Source: Escherichia coli phage AZ21
DNA length: 64,000 nucleotides
Strand: one strand, 5' to 3'
Sequence record: LC788708.1
Below are positions 58,936 through 64,000 of the stretch, piece by piece. Every line of letters starts with the position of its first letter. Position 1 is the stretch's first letter. Made by a program: the position numbers and the translations under genes. The notes below the pieces were generated by a model. It searched no databases. It was not told the DNA's origin and worked only from the letters and a program-made list of their open reading frames with translations.

Positions 58936-59336
58936 TTAATTTAAAAGATATTACTCTTGATACTCGTACTATTACTCTTTCCTACCCAGGTATGCCGAAC
59001 TTTAAACTAGAACTTAACTATATGTCTCGTGCTACCTCTAAACGTGTTATTTCTTCTGCTAAACGCGATGAATGGGTTAACGGTACTTTGGTTCAGGTAC
59101 AGGATGATGATAAGTTCATTGAAGCCTTTGTTGACGCAGCTATTAAAGGTTGGACTGGTTTGACTGTAGGTGACGTTGAAAAACTAATGCTGATTGAAAC
59201 AGATGCTGATCCTGCTACTGAAGTTCCTTTTAGCCGCGATAATGCTGTAATGCTTATGCAGAACTCTGCTGCGTTTGATTCTTGGATCAACCAGACAGTG
59301 TTCCACTTAGACACTTTTCGTAGCCCAAAAGCGTAA
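58932..59336 (+). CDS. tail assembly chaperone (G-like)
   Basis: 134 aa, upstream of the tape measure. ATGA coupling. Confidence 0.7.
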   Translation: MINLKDITLDTRTITLSYPGMPNFKLELNYMSRATSKRVISSAKRDEWVNGTLVQVQDDDKFIEAFVDAAIKGWTGLTVGDVEKLMLIETDADPATEVPFSRDNAVMLMQNSAAFDSWINQTVFHLDTFRSPKA

Positions 59337-59766
59337 AGAACTTCTGGATGCTGTTGCTGATTTTGCAGATAAATGTATTAAGAGCTCAGCATCTAAAATG
59401 ACCAAACAACAATATTTAATACTTTGCGAGTCAATGGGTATAGAGCCTGATCCTAAGGCTATGCCCGTTGAACTTGAGGATTTTCCACCTATTGTATCTA
59501 TTAGTATGAATATTTATAACAGTCTGATTGACTGTTTCATACCGGGTGACTTTCCTATTTTTATAGGTAAGGATAAAGCTGCATTAGGTGTTTTATTTGA
59601 TATTTATGGGATTACTGATCCTATAGAAAAAGAATTTGTTCTACACATTATCAATATATTTGATGCTAAAGCTGTAGACGCTGCACGTAAACATGCTGAG
59701 AAGCATAAACCGCAAAACGGGAGGATCCCTAACGTTAAGCCACATGCTAGATCTCGTGCACGGTAA
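59311..59766 (+). CDS. tail assembly chaperone extension (T-like), +1 frame
   Basis: The frame is open from 59311 and overlaps the G ORF by 26 nt. The internal ATG at 59398 lacks an RBS. Confidence 0.55.
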   Translation, partial: TLFVAQKRKELLDAVADFADKCIKSSASKMTKQQYLILCESMGIEPDPKAMPVELEDFPPIVSISMNIYNSLIDCFIPGDFPIFIGKDKAALGVLFDIYGITDPIEKEFVLHIINIFDAKAVDAARKHAEKHKPQNGRIPNVKPHARSRAR

Positions 59767-59801
59767 AAGTTTCCTCCAATGGGCGTTCCACGATGAGGCT
59801 T

Positions 59802-59848
59802 GGCTCTGGGTGATTTGCCCAGAGCCTTTTTTATTGGGAAAAATAAAA
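59802..59848 (+). terminator. terminator plus conserved late-gene leader motif
   Basis: GGCTCTGGG-tgatttg-CCCAGAGCC then TTTTTTATTGGGAAAAATAAAA, 1 nt before ATG 59850. Confidence 0.75.
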
Positions 59849-59849
59849 C

Positions 59850-62800
59850 ATGACTGATAAGCTAATACGAGAATTACTAATAGACGTTAAACAGAAGGGG
59901 GCAACTCGTACTGCAAAGTCTATTGAAAACGTATCTGATGCGTTGGAAAATGCTGCTGCTGCTTCCGAACTGACAAATGAGCAGTTAGGTAAAATGCCCA
60001 GAACTCTTTATTCCATTGAGAGGGCAGCAGACAGAGCAGCGAAAAGTCTTACTAAAATGCAAGCTAGTAGGGGTATGGCTGGTATCACTAAATCCATTGA
60101 TGGTATTGGTGATAAGCTAGATTACCTGGCTATCCAACTTATTGAAGTAACAGATAAACTAGAAATTGGATTTGATGGAGTTTCTAGATCTGTTAAAACA
60201 ATGGGTAATGATGTTGCAGCTGCAACAGAAAAAGTCCAGGATAGATTATATGATACTAATAGAGCATTAGGTGGTACAGCTAGAGGTTTTAACGACACTG
60301 CTGGTGCCGCTGGTAGAGCTTCTAGAGCTATTGGTAATACTTCTGGTTCAGCACGTGGTGCAACTCGTGATTTTGCGGCAATGGCTAAGATCGGTGGTAG
60401 TCTACCTATTATGTACGCAGCTCTTGCTTCCAACATCTTCGTTTTGCAATCAGCATTTGAACAACTTAAACTAGGTGATCAGCTAAATCGTCTAGAAAAA
60501 TTTGGTGTTATAGTAGGTACTCAGACAGGTACTCCTGTTCAGACCCTTGCTAGATCACTACAAGAAGCTGCTGGATATGCTATTTCTTTTGAGGAAGCAA
60601 TGAGACAGGCATCTTCAGCATCTGCTTATGGATTTGATGCTGAACAGCTTAATAAATTTGGTTTAGTAGCTCGTCGTGCGGCTGCTGTTCTTGGCGTTGA
60701 TATGACTGATGCACTTAACCGTGTAATTAAGGGCGTATCTAAACAAGAAATCGAACTTCTGGATGAACTTGGTGTCACCATCCGTCTTAATGACGCATAC
60801 GCTGATTATGTTAAACAGTTAAATGCTGCAAACACAGGTATAACATATAATGTTAATAGTCTTACCACTTTCCAGAAGCAACAAGCATACGCTAATGCGG
60901 TAATTGCTGAATCTACTAAGCGTTTCGGCTACCTAGATGAAGTACTACGTGCAACTCCATGGGAGCAGTTTGCTGCTAATGCAGATGCTGCACTAAGAAA
61001 AATACAACAAGCTGCTGCTAAGTATTTAGGGCCAGTAATTGATGCTATCAACACAGTATTTTATACGTCTCAGGCTTCTATATCTGCTGAGGCAGCTAGG
61101 GCTCAAGAAAAAACTAATAGACAGATAGACCCTACCAACGTTGGTGCTGTTGCTTTAAGTTTAGCTGCTTCTGAAGAAGGCTATAATAAAGCTCTAGATA
61201 TGTATAAGGAATCTCTTGATAAGCGTAATAAGCTAAAATCTGAGTTTGATAAACGAATGGAACAAGCAGATTTCTATACAAAATTAGCTATACGTCAAGT
61301 TGGTGAAGGTATTCCTATTGGTATTGCAGCAGCAGGTGCTTCGGAGGCCAATAAGCAATTTGTAGCAGAAACTGCAGCTATGGGTCTACAAGTAACTAGA
61401 CTTGGTAAGGAAGTAGAGGATTCTACAGAGAATCTCAATGCTTGGAAATCAGCGTATCAAGCTGCTGGGGCTGCTGCTGCAAATGCTAGTCCAGAGTTTC
61501 AGAAGCAAATTAATCTCCAGAGAGATACTACTGATCCTGATGCTGTATACGATTTTAACTCTACTGTATTAAAAGGACTAACTGAGCAGCAGAAAGCGTA
61601 CAATCAGACTAAGAAAACTGCTAGTGACTTAGCTAATGACTTTCAAAATATAGCTAGTAGCACAGATACTGCTGCTAAAACCAGTGCAACTTTTGAAGAG
61701 GTAATTAAAAACATATCGTCTCTATCCGCAGGAACTGGTAAGAGTGCTGATGATTATGTTAAAAGCCTCAACTTAGGGTTTAACACTCTGTCTGAAATGA
61801 AAACTGCGTCTCAGGCCTTATCTGAGTACGTTAAACTAACGGGTAATGAGACTAAGAACCAGTTAGCAGTTCAACAGAAGATAGCGGATGTATATAACCA
61901 AACTAAGGATAAAGAAAAAGCACAGGAAGCTGGTAGACGTTTAGAGTTGCAACAGTTAGAAGAGCAAGAAACTGCTTTACACCGTGTTCTTCAAACAAAC
62001 CAGGGAAATAAAGCTGTTGAAAAAGAAATTGAAAAAATTCAGCTGGAGAAACTTAAACTTACTAATCAGGGTATGGAGGCTCAGAAGAAGGTTAAGGATT
62101 ACACAGATAAAATTCTGGGTGTAGATCGTGAGATAGCCCTCTTAAATAACCGTACTATGACAGATACTCAGTATCGTCTAGCACAGTTAAATCTTGAATT
62201 GACCGTTGAAAAAGAGAAGTACGAATGGTACACAAAACAAGCTGATAAACAGAAAGAGGCAGAACAGTCTAGACGTGCTCAAGCTCAAATTGAACGTGAA
62301 ATCTGGAAATTCCGCCAAGATCAGATTGCTTCAATGGCTGCTGGTAGAGAGGAAGAACAGCAAAGACAATTTACTGCTAAACCATTAATGGGAAATGCGG
62401 AGCGCCTACAGGAACAGCTAAAATTATATGAAGACTTAAAGCAGAAAACATTAGGTAATGCTGCGGCACAAGCGGAATATAATAAAAAGATAGCTGAAAC
62501 TAGGGCACAACTAGCAGGTTTAAGGGCACAGAGAAATGCGGAGATGCAAGCTTCTGTTGGATCTTCTTTAGGTGCTGTGTACACCCCTACAACTGGACTA
62601 TCTGGAGAAGATAAAGATTTTGCTGATATGGGAAATAGGATGGCTTCTTATGACCAGGCAATATCTAAACTATCCGAGCTAAACTCTGAAGCAACCGCTG
62701 TAGCTCAAAGCATGGGTAACCTAACCAATGCTATGATTCAGTTCTCTATGGGGTCTTTAGACACGACTTCCACGATCGCAGTAGGTATGCAAGCTGTATC

Positions 62801-63530
62801 CTCTATGATTCAATATAGTACTAGTCAACAGGTTAGTGCAATTGATCAGGCTATCGCAGCAGAGCAGAAACGTGATGGTAAATCAGAAGCATCTAAAGCT
62901 AAGTTGAAGAAGTTGGAAGCTGAAAAGCTGAAGATTCAACAAGACGCAGCTAAGAAGCAGATTATCATCCAAACTGCGGTAGCAGTAATGCAAGCGGCAA
63001 CAGCTGTACCGTACCCGTTCTCTATTCCTTTGATGGTGGCGGCAGGTTTGGCAGGTGCCTTAGCTCTTGCTCAAGCATCTTCTGCATCTGGCATGTCTTC
63101 TATTGCAGATTCTGGGGCGGATACAACTAGTTATTTAACCTTAGGAGAACGTCAGAAGAATATAGATGTGTCCATGTCTGCTAATGCTGGTGAATTATCT
63201 TATATTCGTGGCGATAAAGGCATAGGTGGTGCTAACTCTTTCGTTCCCCGTGCTGAGGGTGGTAATATGTACCCTGGGGTTAGCTATCAAATGGGTGAGC
63301 ATGGTACAGAAGTAGTTACCCCTATGGTTCCTATGAAAGCTACACCTAATGATGAGCTAAAAATCTCATCTAACTCAACTTCAGGAAGACCTATCATCTT
63401 GAATATTAGTGCTATGGATGCTGCAAGTTTTAGAGAGTTTGCTTCTAGTAATAGTAGTGCTCTAAGAGACGCAGTAGAATTAGCTCTGAATGAGAACGGT
63501 GCTAGTCTGAAAACATTAGGAAATTCTTAA
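59850..63530 (+). CDS. tape measure protein pb2
   Basis: 1226 aa. Ala/Gln-rich coiled coil with C-proximal hydrophobic segments. Position after the chaperones. Confidence 0.9.
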   Translation: MTDKLIRELLIDVKQKGATRTAKSIENVSDALENAAAASELTNEQLGKMPRTLYSIERAADRAAKSLTKMQASRGMAGITKSIDGIGDKLDYLAIQLIEVTDKLEIGFDGVSRSVKTMGNDVAAATEKVQDRLYDTNRALGGTARGFNDTAGAAGRASRAIGNTSGSARGATRDFAAMAKIGGSLPIMYAALASNIFVLQSAFEQLKLGDQLNRLEKFGVIVGTQTGTPVQTLARSLQEAAGYAISFEEAMRQASSASAYGFDAEQLNKFGLVARRAAAVLGVDMTDALNRVIKGVSKQEIELLDELGVTIRLNDAYADYVKQLNAANTGITYNVNSLTTFQKQQAYANAVIAESTKRFGYLDEVLRATPWEQFAANADAALRKIQQAAAKYLGPVIDAINTVFYTSQASISAEAARAQEKTNRQIDPTNVGAVALSLAASEEGYNKALDMYKESLDKRNKLKSEFDKRMEQADFYTKLAIRQVGEGIPIGIAAAGASEANKQFVAETAAMGLQVTRLGKEVEDSTENLNAWKSAYQAAGAAAANASPEFQKQINLQRDTTDPDAVYDFNSTVLKGLTEQQKAYNQTKKTASDLANDFQNIASSTDTAAKTSATFEEVIKNISSLSAGTGKSADDYVKSLNLGFNTLSEMKTASQALSEYVKLTGNETKNQLAVQQKIADVYNQTKDKEKAQEAGRRLELQQLEEQETALHRVLQTNQGNKAVEKEIEKIQLEKLKLTNQGMEAQKKVKDYTDKILGVDREIALLNNRTMTDTQYRLAQLNLELTVEKEKYEWYTKQADKQKEAEQSRRAQAQIEREIWKFRQDQIASMAAGREEEQQRQFTAKPLMGNAERLQEQLKLYEDLKQKTLGNAAAQAEYNKKIAETRAQLAGLRAQRNAEMQASVGSSLGAVYTPTTGLSGEDKDFADMGNRMASYDQAISKLSELNSEATAVAQSMGNLTNAMIQFSMGSLDTTSTIAVGMQAVSSMIQYSTSQQVSAIDQAIAAEQKRDGKSEASKAKLKKLEAEKLKIQQDAAKKQIIIQTAVAVMQAATAVPYPFSIPLMVAAGLAGALALAQASSASGMSSIADSGADTTSYLTLGERQKNIDVSMSANAGELSYIRGDKGIGGANSFVPRAEGGNMYPGVSYQMGEHGTEVVTPMVPMKATPNDELKISSNSTSGRPIILNISAMDAASFREFASSNSSALRDAVELALNENGASLKTLGNS

Positions 63531-63537
63531 AACTGGA

Positions 63538-63579
63538 GGAGGACTTTGAGTCCTCCTTTTCTTTATGGAAAAATAAAAA
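63538..63579 (+). terminator. terminator plus variant of the leader motif
   Basis: GGAGGACT-ttg-AGTCCTCC then TTTTCTTTATGGAAAAATAAAAA. Confidence 0.7.
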
Positions 63580-63583
63580 TTTC

Positions 63584-63612
63584 TTGATAAAATTTTCTAA
63601 TACTATTATAAT
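63584..63612 (+). promoter_or_regulatory. sigma70-type promoter before the distal tail gene
   Basis: TTGATA, 17 nt, TATAAT. Confidence 0.55.
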
Positions 63613-63639
63613 ATTGTTATTAAAGAGGAGAAATTAACT

Positions 63640-64000
63640 ATGAGATTACCAGACCCATACACGAATCCAGAACTTTCAGGCTTAGGATTCGAAAGTGTTA
63701 ACCTGATTGATAATGACCCAGTAATTCGTGATGAGTTACCAAATGGTAAAGTTAACGAAGTTAAGGTATCTGCTCAATACTGGGGTATAAATATTTCTTA
63801 TCCAGAATTATTTCCAGATGAATATAGTGTTCTAGATGCTTTTATTCTAGAATACAAAAGGACTGGTGGTTATATAGATGTTATATTACCCCAATACGAA
63901 GCTTTCAGAGTTAGAGGTAATACTAGTCTAGTAAATATACCTGCTGGACAGAAGGGTTCTAATATAACTATGGATACAAAAGGACTTCTTACAGGTACTC
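63640..64000 (+). CDS. distal tail protein (pb9/Dit-like), 3' end outside window
   Basis: GAGGAG RBS. First gene after the tape measure. The ORF runs off the window. Confidence 0.65.
   Translation, partial: MRLPDPYTNPELSGLGFESVNLIDNDPVIRDELPNGKVNEVKVSAQYWGINISYPELFPDEYSVLDAFILEYKRTGGYIDVILPQYEAFRVRGNTSLVNIPAGQKGSNITMDTKGLLTGT

Noticed and set aside
59324-59401. A canonical -1 frameshift at C CCA AAA joining the two tail chaperone ORFs
   Set aside because: The -1 frame hits a stop after about 24 codons and never reaches the long downstream ORF, which is in the +1 frame.

Overview
The window comes from a T5-like (Tequintavirus-type) virulent enterobacterial phage. All calls rest on motif reading and recall; no searches were run.

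**1-33.8 kb, early arm (+ strand).** It carries phoH, nrdA, nrdB, DHFR, thyA, RNase H, a DEDDh exonuclease, a SleB-like hydrolase, an SPFH protein, a Toprim protein and a GrcA-like glycyl-radical protein. It also carries a spanin pair, dNMP kinase, a ClpP-like protease, holin, L-Ala-D-Glu endolysin, an HNH endonuclease, thioredoxin, two metallophosphatases and many small unknown ORFs. At least 20 near-identical T5 PN25-type promoters punctuate it, along with a dispersed tRNA set: Arg-TCT, Ser-GCT, two CAT, one UAA-anticodon and Tyr-GTA.

**33.8-45.9 kb, a visibly G+C-richer block.**
- It holds the hallmark T5 pre-early genes A2, A1 and dmp, each followed by a GC hairpin.
- It holds a leftward cassette of about 11 small unknown genes.
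- It holds a chain of four tiny membrane proteins.
- It holds two ORF-free, repeat-dense regions with a 14-bp iteron array, Fur-box-like palindromes, DnaA-box clusters, ~200-bp inverted repeats and 23-54 bp palindromes.
- In T5 this block is the direct terminal repeat, the first-step-transfer DNA. Here a single copy joins the early and late arms, so the physical genome ends should lie inside the window.

**45.9-64 kb, late arm.** It carries the llp lipoprotein, a pb5-type receptor-binding protein, terminase, two homing-endonuclease-like genes, portal, decoration protein, protease and major capsid protein. These are followed by connector proteins, tail tube pb6, p140, a chaperone pair needing a +1 shift, tape measure pb2 and the start of pb9.

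The best candidates for undescribed biology are the DNA-level architecture of 33.8-40.5 kb and the uncharacterised pre-early cassettes.
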